Positions 46,323-56,665 of a DNA stretch of 64,000 bases are shown here, piece after piece; within the stretch, counting starts at the first letter, position 1; the number at the start of each line of letters is the position of its first letter. The stretch lies in contig CAWIPH010000001.1 of NCBI GenBank assembly GCA_963837955.1, positions 288,001 to 352,000 of the forward strand, read 5' to 3'. The DNA comes from an uncultured Verrucomicrobiae bacterium. GTDB taxonomy: Bacteria; Verrucomicrobiota; Verrucomicrobiia; Chthoniobacterales; JAFAMB01. A program made the position numbers and the translations under genes. The notes beneath the pieces were generated by a model. It ran no database searches and was not told the origin of the DNA. It was given only the letters and a program-made list of their open reading frames with translations.

Positions 46323-46525
46323 AGACAGCGGAAAAGCCGTTTACGGGGTAGTTGGGCACCGCGCAAGGCGAATTCTGAGGGACCGGGAAGCGTATTTAGG
46401 GGGGAGCCTGGGAACGCTCCTAGAGACGGGTGGCATAATCACCTAGAGCAAGCTCAGCAAAGAATTCAAGTAAATCGATAGCGAGAAACGGGAGATTCTG
46501 GTGAAGACCAAGCGGAAAATGCCCC

Positions 46526-46675
46526 GATAGCGACAAAATGACGCTTAATGACCGCCTGTGAAGCCATGTGAGACCAATTGTCGCTATCAAGCGTGCCGTC
46601 TCAACGAGCGTATCGGCTTAACATCTTGATTGCCAACATGTTACGGAATCCGTTCCTTCTGGCATACGCTAAGCT
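46526..46675 (+). promoter_or_regulatory. Putative sigma-54 promoter with an IHF site and upstream activator-like boxes
   Basis: TGGCATACGCTAAGC (GG-N10-GC) at 46660-46674; AATCAAGATGTTA on the minus strand at 46619-46631; inverted GATAGCGACAA/TTGTCGCTATC. Confidence 0.6.
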
Positions 46676-46721
46676 CTCTTAGGTGCCGTAAATGCTGATT
46701 CTCCAAAGAAAAATGAAGCCT

Positions 46722-47186
46722 ATGAACATCAATCGCTATCAACGTTATTCCCCTTCCGATCTGTCACGAGCTTTCGATCGTCTCGCCACGTTGCGCGAGG
46801 AGATGGATGGCTTGTTTGATAATTCCTTCCGTTCCTTTTTCCGCACGCCGGGTTCATTCAGCTCCTGGTCGCCGGCCATCGACGTTTATCAGGACAAGGA
46901 CCAATTCACGGTCGTCGCTGAAGTGCCAGGCATGAAGAAAGAGGAGTTAGTCCTCTCGTTGCACGACGGAGTGCTAACCATCTCCGGTGAACGCAAACGC
47001 GAGGAAAACCCGGAACAAGGGTTTCGGTCGGAACGATTTTACGGCCGGTTTCAACGCAGCGTCACGCTTCCTGCCAGCGTCGATCCTAATAAGGTAAAAG
47101 CGAGTTATCAGGACGGCCTGCTGAAAGTTGTGCTGCCGAAATCGGAAGAAGCGAAGCCGAAACAAATCGAAGTCGCGGTAAGCTAA
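46722..47186 (+). CDS. Hsp20/alpha-crystallin small heat-shock protein
   Basis: WSPAIDVYQD, ERFYGRFQRSVTLP, ASYQDGLL. Confidence 0.93.
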   Translation: MNINRYQRYSPSDLSRAFDRLATLREEMDGLFDNSFRSFFRTPGSFSSWSPAIDVYQDKDQFTVVAEVPGMKKEELVLSLHDGVLTISGERKREENPEQGFRSERFYGRFQRSVTLPASVDPNKVKASYQDGLLKVVLPKSEEAKPKQIEVAVS

Positions 47187-47245
47187 CAAATCGCCAAAAC
47201 CACAAGCCTGGGCCTGTCGAGGTCCAGGCCACGAAAGAGAAAACT

Positions 47246-47626
47246 ATGAATATCTTCCCACAGCAAGAACAGCAACTAAGCACCGAAAACCGTCCGGAGT
47301 CCCCACAGTTCGCGACTCCGATCGTCGATATTGAATCCACCCCCGAAGGATATGTGCTTCACGCTGAGATGCCGGGTGTGAATAAGGACGGCATCGAAGT
47401 GACCGTGGAAAATGGTGACCTGATTCTGATCGGGCGTCGTCAGCCGCTCGAAGTATCTGGCCAACTGGTGCATCGCGAATCTCGTCCAAACGATTTCCGG
47501 CGCGTCTATGAGCTGGATCCATCGATCGATACGGCGCGGATCACTGCTCGGATCGAAGCTGGAGTGCTGACCGTCAATCTGCCCAAAGCAGAACGCGTTA
47601 AGCCTCGGCGAATCGAGCTCGAGTAA
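47246..47626 (+). CDS. Hsp20/alpha-crystallin small heat-shock protein
   Basis: PIVDI, AEMPGV, ARIEAGVLTVNLPK. Confidence 0.92.
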   Translation: MNIFPQQEQQLSTENRPESPQFATPIVDIESTPEGYVLHAEMPGVNKDGIEVTVENGDLILIGRRQPLEVSGQLVHRESRPNDFRRVYELDPSIDTARITARIEAGVLTVNLPKAERVKPRRIELE

Positions 47627-47648
47627 TCGCTGGTTCGCTCACATTGTC

Positions 47649-47678
47649 CCGCCCCGCATTCGCGGGGCGGTTTTTTTT
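47649..47678 (+). terminator. Intrinsic terminator of the hsp20 operon
   Basis: CCGCCCCGC-ATTC-GCGGGGCGG followed by T8. Confidence 0.9.
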
Positions 47679-47884
47679 GGTAGGGACACGCTCCCGCGTG
47701 TCCGCTCCGGTTTTGGAGCCGCTCCTCCCGACGACATAGCAAACCTCATCCGTCGGAGGGCGCGGCGCTTGCGCCGCCCGGGAACAACCCGTGGCTGACC
47801 GAGGGCTCGAGGCCATGGATTCTCTAACTGCGCGCTACCGTCCCCATCTTGCTGACGCTTCTCGGGCGTGCGATGGAGCAGACC

Positions 47885-48859
47885 ATGAAAGCGATCCGAT
47901 TTCATTCCTACGGCGGGCCCGAAGTGCTGAAGCTGGAGGAGATTCCGATTCCGGAACCTGGAACGGGCCAGGCTTTGGTACGGGTGGTTGCGGCCGGAGT
48001 CAATTTTATCGATGTCAATCAGCGCAACGGATCGTACAAGGTCCCGTTGCCGTACACCTGCGGAGTGGAGGGCGCCGGGATCGTGGAAAAGACGGGACCA
48101 GAAGTCGATATCCAACCTGGTACCAGGGTCGCTTGGGTCTCGCATCCAGGCGCGTGCGCGGAATTCGCGGTCGTGCCAGCCGCTCGTTTGGTGCCGATCC
48201 CCGACAAGTTGGACTTCGCTTCGGCGGCGGCGGCACTTCTTCAGGGCATGACTGCACAGTATCTCTGCGAAACCACCTATCCGATCAAGCCAGGCGATCA
48301 CGCATTGGTTCATGCTGGCGCGGGCGGCGTGGGACTCCTGTTGATTCAAATGCTGAAACACAAAGGGGCAACGGTGTTCACGACCGTTTCAACACCAGAA
48401 AAGGCCGCGCTGGCCAAGGAAGCAGGCGCCGACGAGGCGATCCGTTACACGGAGGAGGATTTTGTCGGCCGAATAAAAGATCTGACCAAGGGTCGAGGAG
48501 TGAATGTTGTTTATGACTCGGTCGGCTTGGAAACGTACCTGGGCGATTTTGATGTGCTCAAGCGATTAGGCATGTTGGTCCTATTTGGGCAATCAAGCGG
48601 ACGCGTGCCGCCGATCGATCCTTCGCTCCTAGCGGAAAAAGGTTCACTCTTTCTGACCCGCCCGAGCCTGGCACATCACGTGGCGGATCGTCAGAGCCTG
48701 ATGGAGAGATCAGGGAAGGTGTTCGGTTGGATTCAAGAAGGTTGGTTGCACTTGCGCATCGGGCATCGCTATCCGCTAACCAAAACGGCCCAAGCCTATC
48801 GTGACCTTGAGAGTCGCAAGACCACCGGCAAAATCATCATCACAGTGGCGCCTGATTGA
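47885..48859 (+). CDS. qor: NADPH:quinone oxidoreductase (zeta-crystallin/MDR family)
   Basis: YGGPEVL, GVNFID, LVHAGAGGVG, KGSLFLTRPSL. Confidence 0.88.
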   Translation: MKAIRFHSYGGPEVLKLEEIPIPEPGTGQALVRVVAAGVNFIDVNQRNGSYKVPLPYTCGVEGAGIVEKTGPEVDIQPGTRVAWVSHPGACAEFAVVPAARLVPIPDKLDFASAAAALLQGMTAQYLCETTYPIKPGDHALVHAGAGGVGLLLIQMLKHKGATVFTTVSTPEKAALAKEAGADEAIRYTEEDFVGRIKDLTKGRGVNVVYDSVGLETYLGDFDVLKRLGMLVLFGQSSGRVPPIDPSLLAEKGSLFLTRPSLAHHVADRQSLMERSGKVFGWIQEGWLHLRIGHRYPLTKTAQAYRDLESRKTTGKIIITVAPD

Positions 48860-48960
48860 TGATATTCGCCCGGCGGTGAGCATTAAAATTCAAGGTGGCA
48901 CCGCACCTGTGAACGAGGATTTGTTTGTCTTCTCTTATCCGCCCGATAACCTAAACAATC

Positions 48961-50004
48961 ATGCCAGCGAAGAATACCGAGGTAGAACCGATTGACCCAG
49001 CCCATGCGGCGCGCAAAAAGAATCTGGATCTGGCACTCCAGCAGATCGCGAAGGACTACGGCGAAGGCGCAATCATGCGGTTAGGTAGCGACAAGATCGT
49101 TGCGGTAGAGGTGATTCCAACTGGCAACATCCTCATTGATCGGGCGCTCGGAGTAGGCGGATTTCCGAGGGGGCGCGTCGTCGAGGTTTTTGGGCCGGAA
49201 TCTTCCGGTAAAACCACGTTGACGCTCACCATCATTGCCCAGGCGCAGAGACGCGGGGGATTGGCCGGATTTATTGACGTCGAGCACGCACTCGACCCTC
49301 AATATGCCCGGCGACTGGGCGTTAATCTCGATGATCTCCTGGTCTCGCAGCCGAGTTCCGGGGAAGAAGCTCTACGAATCTGTGAAACTTTGATCCGCTC
49401 CAACGCCTTAGACGTTATTGTGGTGGATTCGGTTGCGGCCTTGGTCACCAAGGCGGAGCTGGAGGGCGAGATAGGGGATGCAACCGTGGGCGCGCAGGCG
49501 CGACTGATGAGTGCGGCGCTACGCAAGCTGACCGCGTTAATATCGAAGGCGCGTACGACCTGCATTTTTACCAACCAAATCCGAGAGAAGATCGGCGTGA
49601 TGTTCGGTAACCCGGAAACGACGCCCGGCGGGAAAGCGCTGAAGTTCTATGCGAGCGTTCGAGTCGATATCAGACGAATCAGCGCAATCAAACTGACTGA
49701 CGGCACCGTGGTGGGCAATCGGACCAAGGTGAAGATCGTGAAAAACAAAGTCGCGCCCCCATTTACGGAGGCCGAGTTTGATATTATGTACAACGAGGGC
49801 ATTTCGAATGTCGGAGCGCTTCTCGATTTGGCGCTGGAGAAGAATATTCTCGAAAAGCGCGGTTCGTGGATTTCCTATAAGGGTCAGCAGCTCGCCCAAG
49901 GGCGAGATGCAGCGAAAGAGGCGCTCAAGGCAGATGGCAAGCTTTACGCCGAGCTTGAAGAAACCGTCAAAGCGGTGCTCGACGAAGAGGCAAAAAAGCG
50001 GTGA
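48961..50004 (+). CDS. recA: Recombinase A
   Basis: [46 protein letters not shown]. Confidence 0.98.
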   Translation: MPAKNTEVEPIDPAHAARKKNLDLALQQIAKDYGEGAIMRLGSDKIVAVEVIPTGNILIDRALGVGGFPRGRVVEVFGPESSGKTTLTLTIIAQAQRRGGLAGFIDVEHALDPQYARRLGVNLDDLLVSQPSSGEEALRICETLIRSNALDVIVVDSVAALVTKAELEGEIGDATVGAQARLMSAALRKLTALISKARTTCIFTNQIREKIGVMFGNPETTPGGKALKFYASVRVDIRRISAIKLTDGTVVGNRTKVKIVKNKVAPPFTEAEFDIMYNEGISNVGALLDLALEKNILEKRGSWISYKGQQLAQGRDAAKEALKADGKLYAELEETVKAVLDEEAKKR

Positions 50005-50125
50005 GTCGCCAATTACAGAGCCCGACAAAACCGTAGGCGCGATCGTTCCCGAACGAAATAGCTGATAGCCGAAATTTGCTATCTGCTATTTGCTATTGTT
50101 CATCACAGTCTGCGTCTGTTCGAAC

Positions 50126-52765
50126 ATGAAAGCATCTGAGATACGGCAAACTTTCCTGGATTTCTTTAAGGAGAAGGAGCACACCATTGTGCCTTCCTCC
50201 AGTTTGCTTCCGGCTTCGCCGAATCTTCTGTTCACCAATGCCGGCATGAATCAGTTCGTGCCCTATTTCCTAGGTCAAGAGCAAGTACCGTATCGGCCAC
50301 CTCGCGTCACCGATACTCAGAAGTGCATTCGGGCAGGCGGCAAACATAACGATCTGGATGACGTTGGGTTTGATACCTATCACCATACGTTTTTCGAGAT
50401 GCTCGGTAATTGGAGCTTTGGCGATTATTTTAAGAAGGAAGTCATCGCCTGGGCATGGGAGCTACTGGTTGACCGCTGGAAATTTCCAGCTTCCCGGCTT
50501 TACGCCACGGTTTATCGGCCAGGCCCAAATGATCCAGCCGAGTTCGACCAGGAGGCTTACGATTACTGGGCGGCTTTGTTCACTCGAGCCGGGCTCGATC
50601 CCAAGGTTCACGTCCTTACCGGTGATCGGAAGGACAATTTTTGGATGATGGGCGAGACGGGTCCGTGCGGCCCGTGTTCGGAAATTCACGTCGATTTGAC
50701 TGCAGAAGGCGATAGCGCCGGGAAGCTGGTTAATCAGGGAAGCCCGTTCTGCATGGAGATCTGGAATCTCGTTTTCATACAATTCAATGCCAATGCGGAT
50801 GGTACTTTTTCCCCATTACCTGCTCGGCATGTCGACACCGGGATGGGCTTTGAGCGCGTAGCAGGCATCATCGAATGCACCCAGGATTTCAAGGATTTCA
50901 CGAGACCGATCTCCAATTACAACAGTGGAGTCTTTTCGCCGATCTTTGAAAAACTCTCGGCGCTGAGTGGAAAGACTTATCGGGGGACATTACCGGAATC
51001 GCGGACCAACCTCTCCGAGCAAGAGAAAATCGACGTCGCTTTTCGAGTCGTGTCCGACCATATCCGCACGCTCTGTTTCGCGATTGCCGACGGCATTATT
51101 CCGAGCAACACAGATCGAAACTATGTCATTCGGCGAATTTTGCGTCGAGCAGTGCTGTTTGGGCGCGATCTCGGGTTCGGCTCGAGCGGATTTCTCAGCA
51201 AACTCGTCTCACCAGTGGTGACGAATTTTGGCGACGTGTTTCCGGAGTTATCGATCCAAGGAGAAAAAATTCGCGAAATTATCGAGGGCGAAGAAGCCTT
51301 GTTCAACCGGACCCTCGATCGCGGGTTGAAAATTTTCGAAGAACAACTGGAGCGGCAGAAGGGAAAGACTTTTTCGGCAGAGACCGCCTTCATGCTATAC
51401 GACACCTATGGATTCCCGATCGATCTAACCGAAGTATTGGTCCGGGAACATGGGCTGGAGCTGGACCTGGCCGCCGTCGAGCGTCACTTGGAACAACAGC
51501 GCGAACGTTCCCGGGCAGCGCAGGAGAAAGAGATCATCGAGACGGTTTCAGAGACTGAACCGACGGAGTTCGTCGGCTTTACCCAGCACGAAACAAAGTC
51601 TACCGCAACGCGATTAGTCACTCAGCCGAGTCAGGTCTTGGTGGCTGTCGATCGCTCGCCATTTTACGCAGAAATGGGCGGCCAGGTGGGCGATACCGGC
51701 GAACTGTTGACTAAAGAGGGTGCACGCTGGCCAGTGCGTAACGTGGTCAGACAGGGTCGCACGTTTTACGTTGGTCTTCCGGCCGAAGCCAATCTTCCGG
51801 TACCTAGCGAGGTCACTTTGAAACTCGACGTGGCTCGGCGTCGACTGATCGAAGCGAATCACACTGCCACCCACCTGCTACATTGGGCGCTTCACGAGGT
51901 GATCAGCAAATCGATCGCCCAAAAGGGTTCCTACGTCGGTCCGAACCACCTTCGCTTCGACTTCAATAGCAATCCTCTCAACGCCAACCAGATCCGGGAA
52001 GTTGAGCGACTGGTGAATTCCCGCATCATCGAAAACGAAGCTGTGAGCTGGGTCGAAGTGCCATTCGAAGAGGTAAGGGGAAGAGACGATATCATGCAGT
52101 TTTTCGGCGAGAAATACGGGAACGCGGTGCGGGTGGTTCAAATTGGCGGACATGCCGGCAAACTAGATGGGTATTCCATGGAACTGTGCGGAGGCACTCA
52201 TGTGAGCAGCACGGGACAGCTTGGGCTGTTCACCATCGGCGGCGAAGGCGCGATCGCCGCGGGTGTTCGACGCATTGAAGCGCTGACCGGGTTATCCGCT
52301 CTCGACCACCTTCGAACCGAGCTCCGGAAACAGACCGACAAACTAGACTCGGCGAATCAACAACTTGTTGATCTGAAGAAGACCATAGAAAAAGAGCGCA
52401 CTCAGGCATTTCAAAGGGAAGCTGAACAATACGCTAGCAAACTGGATCTGCGCTCGGGGCAGATCGTTCAGTCAATCGATAACGTAAATGGAGAATTTCT
52501 CCAGGCTTTAGCCGCCGCTCTCAAGAGCAAACGCTTTGAGGGCGTTGCGGTATTGTTTGGCAAACAGCTCGATCAAATCCATGTGCTGGCGTACGTGGGC
52601 GCCGCACGGGCGAAAACTCTTGCAGCGGGAAAACTCGTACAGGAACTGACCGCCCTCCTGGGTGGCAAGGGAGGCGGCCGACCCGATCTCGCGCGCGGCG
52701 TTGGGAAGGATATCACCAAGCTCGCGGAGGCTGTCGAACGAGCCAAGCAGTTGGTTGCGGGCTAG
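50126..52765 (+). CDS. alaS: Alanine--tRNA ligase
   Basis: FTNAGMNQF, HHTFFEMLGNWSFGDY, NHTATHLLH, ELCGGTH, GGKGGGRP. Confidence 0.97.
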   Translation: MKASEIRQTFLDFFKEKEHTIVPSSSLLPASPNLLFTNAGMNQFVPYFLGQEQVPYRPPRVTDTQKCIRAGGKHNDLDDVGFDTYHHTFFEMLGNWSFGDYFKKEVIAWAWELLVDRWKFPASRLYATVYRPGPNDPAEFDQEAYDYWAALFTRAGLDPKVHVLTGDRKDNFWMMGETGPCGPCSEIHVDLTAEGDSAGKLVNQGSPFCMEIWNLVFIQFNANADGTFSPLPARHVDTGMGFERVAGIIECTQDFKDFTRPISNYNSGVFSPIFEKLSALSGKTYRGTLPESRTNLSEQEKIDVAFRVVSDHIRTLCFAIADGIIPSNTDRNYVIRRILRRAVLFGRDLGFGSSGFLSKLVSPVVTNFGDVFPELSIQGEKIREIIEGEEALFNRTLDRGLKIFEEQLERQKGKTFSAETAFMLYDTYGFPIDLTEVLVREHGLELDLAAVERHLEQQRERSRAAQEKEIIETVSETEPTEFVGFTQHETKSTATRLVTQPSQVLVAVDRSPFYAEMGGQVGDTGELLTKEGARWPVRNVVRQGRTFYVGLPAEANLPVPSEVTLKLDVARRRLIEANHTATHLLHWALHEVISKSIAQKGSYVGPNHLRFDFNSNPLNANQIREVERLVNSRIIENEAVSWVEVPFEEVRGRDDIMQFFGEKYGNAVRVVQIGGHAGKLDGYSMELCGGTHVSSTGQLGLFTIGGEGAIAAGVRRIEALTGLSALDHLRTELRKQTDKLDSANQQLVDLKKTIEKERTQAFQREAEQYASKLDLRSGQIVQSIDNVNGEFLQALAAALKSKRFEGVAVLFGKQLDQIHVLAYVGAARAKTLAAGKLVQELTALLGGKGGGRPDLARGVGKDITKLAEAVERAKQLVAG

Positions 52766-52766
52766 A

Positions 52767-52882
52767 AGTTACGAGTTGCACGTTACAGGTTACAAGTTGC
52801 AGGTCGTGATCGGGCGACGCTGCGAAACGAATATTCGATTCCTCACTTGCAACTTCCAACTCGCAACCTGTAACCTGCAACT
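52767..52882. repeat. Inverted pair of heptamer tracts (GTTACAG / CTGTAAC type)
   Basis: 52767-52804 mirrors 52847-52882. Confidence 0.75.
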
Positions 52883-52896
52883 TAAGACCTCCAAGG

Positions 52897-53301
52897 ATGA
52901 AGCAAGACTTAGATCAGTTTATTGTTGATGGCGCTCGCCGCATCACCCCTCAATATGTAAACAAGCTGGTCCGCCAATTGCCGGAGATCCGGCTGGTCGC
53001 GACGCAAATTGTCGAATTCCCTCACCTGACTGACCAGGTCGAATTTTTGGTTGAACTGATCGAAGATTTTCATTCGGGGCTCAATCAGAACGTCCCGTAT
53101 ACCGCGATCGCGGAAGCGGCGTTTGCTCTATCCTACCTGCGCAAGGGCGTAGACATCATTCCGGATGGGATCCCAGGCAGCGGCTATGCGGACGACGCCG
53201 CGATCATCACTACGGTGTTTGAGACGTATAAGGAAGCGTTTCTGAAACACTTGGTTCAGCGCGATCGGCACCAGGCGAAACGGTTGGCTTCGGGAGAATG
53301 A
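52897..53301 (+). CDS. DUF1232/YkvA family protein
   Basis: ALSYL...DIIPDGIPGSGYADD. Confidence 0.8.
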   Translation: MKQDLDQFIVDGARRITPQYVNKLVRQLPEIRLVATQIVEFPHLTDQVEFLVELIEDFHSGLNQNVPYTAIAEAAFALSYLRKGVDIIPDGIPGSGYADDAAIITTVFETYKEAFLKHLVQRDRHQAKRLASGE

Positions 53302-53401
53302 GCTCGATCGCCGGAAGTTCGTAGCCTGATCCTCCAGGCTCAGGGAATCGAGAGAGCACGGTGCGCAGCAGTGGGACTCGGAATAGATGCATCGAGGGTC
53401 C

Positions 53402-53627
53402 CGTCCCGAATGGGACGTCGCGATAGTAGCCCAGCAATTTATTGCTGGGATTAGCGTTAAGACGCGTCCGTCCCGCCAGGGACGATCGATTCCTCTGCGC
53501 TCGTGAAGTCGCGTGGAAACCATTTCCTCAACGTTTCGATCGTCCCTTTAACGGGACGGCACCCCCTTTATATTATCTATCCCAGCACTGAAGTGCTGGG
53601 CTACTTTCGCAGTGTCCCTCCCGGGAC
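53402..53627. repeat. Family A composite repeat (single unit)
   Basis: GTAGCCCAGCAATTTATTGCTGGG...CCCAGCACTGAAGTGCTGGGCTAC. Confidence 0.8.
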
Positions 53628-53776
53628 AGATCCCTTGATGCGTGGGCAAAGCACTTGGCTTCTCATAAAGCACCAACGCGGTGATGCCCACTGTGAAAAA
53701 ACCTGCGCAGCCGGGTTGGCGCTGCTGAAAGGGCGCAAGGCTCACCTGGATCACTCCCACACATGATCCTCCGTGT

Positions 53777-54799
53777 TCATTTTTCCAGTCGTTGCTGGAG
53801 AGCGACAATGCGCGTTTCGGTGGAAAGCGCTTTGCTTTCCAAGATGCGGGCATCCGCTTCTCGGCCCGAGCTCCACACTTGAATAGCCGCTATCTTGGCT
53901 TCGGTATCGCGGGACTGGATCCATTCGCGTTCTTCATCGCGAAGGTTTAGTCGCTTGGCCGGCTCGGTTTTGGCGATCAATTCCTTATAGATCTCATTAA
54001 GGCGTTTGTCCGCCTCATCGAAATGTTCTTTGGGCGACTTCTGTGGTCCTTCTTGGCCGATTGATTCTGCATTGGTGACCACCGCCGCGAGCGCAGCTGC
54101 TTCATCCTTCGTGGGCTCGTTGCGTTCTGGCCGGTTGTCGGCGGCACGCAAACGATCGGTGAGCTCGAATTTGCCGGAACGAGTATTGAAGTAGCAATAC
54201 CAGTGGTACGCACTGGCTTCGAGCCATCCGTCCTTGGCGGACCAGACACCACCTGCCACAGCCATGAGCAGTCGCCTAGAGTCTTGACTCCAATCGATGA
54301 AGTCTGCGGAATAGACGCGATGCGCGTCTGCGGTCATTTCCGCGCGCTTGAGTTTCAATTCCTCAGCGAGAAACTCCCATGCTGCTTGGTCAAAGCGACC
54401 TCCTAACGCAGGTTCGAAATGGATCGCACCGTCGCTGGAACGGATGCGGTGGAAGAGAATGGCGGCTCCTTCAAAGTACTCAAAGCCAGTTGAAACGTAC
54501 ACCTTGTCGCGGCTCGGGATAAAGATCCACTCGCTATCCGGTGAGATAAACGGGAGCGGCATGATTTCATCCATCATTGGGCCTACGCCCGAGACCCTAA
54601 CAAGTGCTGGCACAGCGAGATCGGTTGTATCGGACGAATTTTTCGCAGAGATGCTTCGAAGCGGACCAGCAGGCAGTATCCACTCAAGCTTGTACTCACC
54701 GCTGGGCGCAGTGACCAGCGGCACATCCGTCTCCTCGTTCGCTGCCTTGGTGCTCGCCAGCGTGAACACAAATATTGCGACGAAAATCGACCGCTTCAT
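53777..54799 (-). CDS. Secreted protein with C-terminal LprI/DUF1311-like domain
   Basis: Signal peptide; ADKRLNEIYKEL...LRDEEREWIQSRD. Confidence 0.75.
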   Translation of the reverse strand: MKRSIFVAIFVFTLASTKAANEETDVPLVTAPSGEYKLEWILPAGPLRSISAKNSSDTTDLAVPALVRVSGVGPMMDEIMPLPFISPDSEWIFIPSRDKVYVSTGFEYFEGAAILFHRIRSSDGAIHFEPALGGRFDQAAWEFLAEELKLKRAEMTADAHRVYSADFIDWSQDSRRLLMAVAGGVWSAKDGWLEASAYHWYCYFNTRSGKFELTDRLRAADNRPERNEPTKDEAAALAAVVTNAESIGQEGPQKSPKEHFDEADKRLNEIYKELIAKTEPAKRLNLRDEEREWIQSRDTEAKIAAIQVWSSGREADARILESKALSTETRIVALQQRLEK

Positions 54800-55494
54800 T
54801 ACTCCTCTTTCTCAGCAGGGGAAAAGCTTGTTTGCGTGACTCTCTGCTGGCTAAACTTTTGCTGGGCGACATCCCATACCGCTACCAATTTTCCTTCCCA
54901 GGTGCTTTGCTGCGGGGAACCTTTCGGATTCGTCGAGCCCTCACATGTGATTTGCAATTGCAGCCCTCTTCCCGTCTTCCACGTCACCTCGGCAACATCA
55001 AATTCGCTTACCTCAGTGTCCACTCGAGCCTGGTCCCCTCCCGTCCGCTTGACCTTCGCAAGTGCGACCGAAAAAATCTTGCCCAGTTGATCGAGCAATC
55101 CTGTCTGGCGAAAAATCTTCCCTCCTTTCATCTCGATTAAGACGAGGTCCTGCGGCCACCACCTCCCACCGATCTCCACTAGCACTGCGGTACTGTCGGG
55201 TGACCAATTTACAGAGAATCCACTGTGACCTTTCCCTTCAAAATACGGTTCATCAGTTTCAAGCATGCCGAGTACACGCGCATTTCTCAGGTTCACAATG
55301 AAGTCTGGGTTATCTTCGAGTAACCGATTCGGAAAAATCACGCCATATTGTCTGTTCGGCGACAGCCCGCTCTTACGCAGCGTGTAGCCGATCTGAAATG
55401 CGTCGGGATAGCCGGGATGCGCCGATGGACCATGAAATTCGACCGAAGAGTCTTCGTCTTCAGTCGCGGTCGCAATGCGAAAGCTTGCGGTCAT
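54799..55494 (-). CDS. Hypothetical protein
   Basis: 231-aa ORF translationally coupled to the LprI-like gene. Confidence 0.7.
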   Translation of the reverse strand: MTASFRIATATEDEDSSVEFHGPSAHPGYPDAFQIGYTLRKSGLSPNRQYGVIFPNRLLEDNPDFIVNLRNARVLGMLETDEPYFEGKGHSGFSVNWSPDSTAVLVEIGGRWWPQDLVLIEMKGGKIFRQTGLLDQLGKIFSVALAKVKRTGGDQARVDTEVSEFDVAEVTWKTGRGLQLQITCEGSTNPKGSPQQSTWEGKLVAVWDVAQQKFSQQRVTQTSFSPAEKEE

Positions 55495-55591
55495 TGTCAG
55501 GAGACAAGTGCCGCCGACAAATAAAGTTAAAAGATCCTGCTTCGTTGGCGCAGAATAGAAAAACCATAACTTCGAGTCACGCTTAATGCGA

Positions 55592-55943
<352 letters not shown>

Positions 55944-55970
55944 ACGCACCACCCCTTCACCGCATCTCGG

Positions 55971-56444
55971 TTATCGCCCGTGCCCGCTCCATTGCTCCTC
56001 GGCCGGATTCCAGACCGGAATCTGATAATACCAGACCTCATATCCGCCGACGCGTCGGATTTGCCTTACCCCTCCGTAGAGATGAAGTACGTCTTCCTTG
56101 GTTGTGAGACCCTGGTAAAGGCGTTGGAGTCGCGCCTCCTCATACTGTTCTGGGGTGATGGTATAAATATAGACGGGAGCAAATGCCACCCTTCCTCTCA
56201 CGTCGAAAGGGATGGCGATGGCGTCGTCTCCATGCCCGCGATTTTGCATACTTGGTTCTTCCACGGGCGCACCGCCGAGCCCCCAATCCCACCACTTTTT
56301 CGAGTCGACCGAGACCTTGTAGTAACTCCGGTGCGGACCAGCTTGAACCAAGTCCCGATCACCGACTACGCTAGGCACCATTCCGCAAAGGGCTGTGCCA
56401 AGCGATCCCAGAAGAACACAACTGACCAGAATCTCTTTTTTCAT
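55971..56444 (-). CDS. Secreted hypothetical protein
   Basis: Signal-like N-terminus; GLTTKEDVLHLYG...VWYY weakly BamE/SmpA-like. Confidence 0.6.
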   Translation of the reverse strand: MKKEILVSCVLLGSLGTALCGMVPSVVGDRDLVQAGPHRSYYKVSVDSKKWWDWGLGGAPVEEPSMQNRGHGDDAIAIPFDVRGRVAFAPVYIYTITPEQYEEARLQRLYQGLTTKEDVLHLYGGVRQIRRVGGYEVWYYQIPVWNPAEEQWSGHGR

Positions 56445-56665
56445 ACGAATTTCGAAAATGTTCGAACCGCAGAATTTACAGCCAAATCATCCGGGCAGCC
56501 AAGCAAACGTTCGAGCCTACAATCGAAGCAACTCAATGAGCGCGTCGGCTGAGCGAGGAAAGTCGTTTGTCCAATGAAGGCGGGTCGAAGGTCGAAATCG
56601 CGAACATTTCGATCGTCACTGCGGGACCGATTTTCTTCGTCCTTTTGGCTACGCAAGTCGCTGAA

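Noticed and set aside
48860..48960. LexA/SOS box upstream of recA
   Set aside because: No convincing palindrome such as TGTTC-N4-GAACA was seen.
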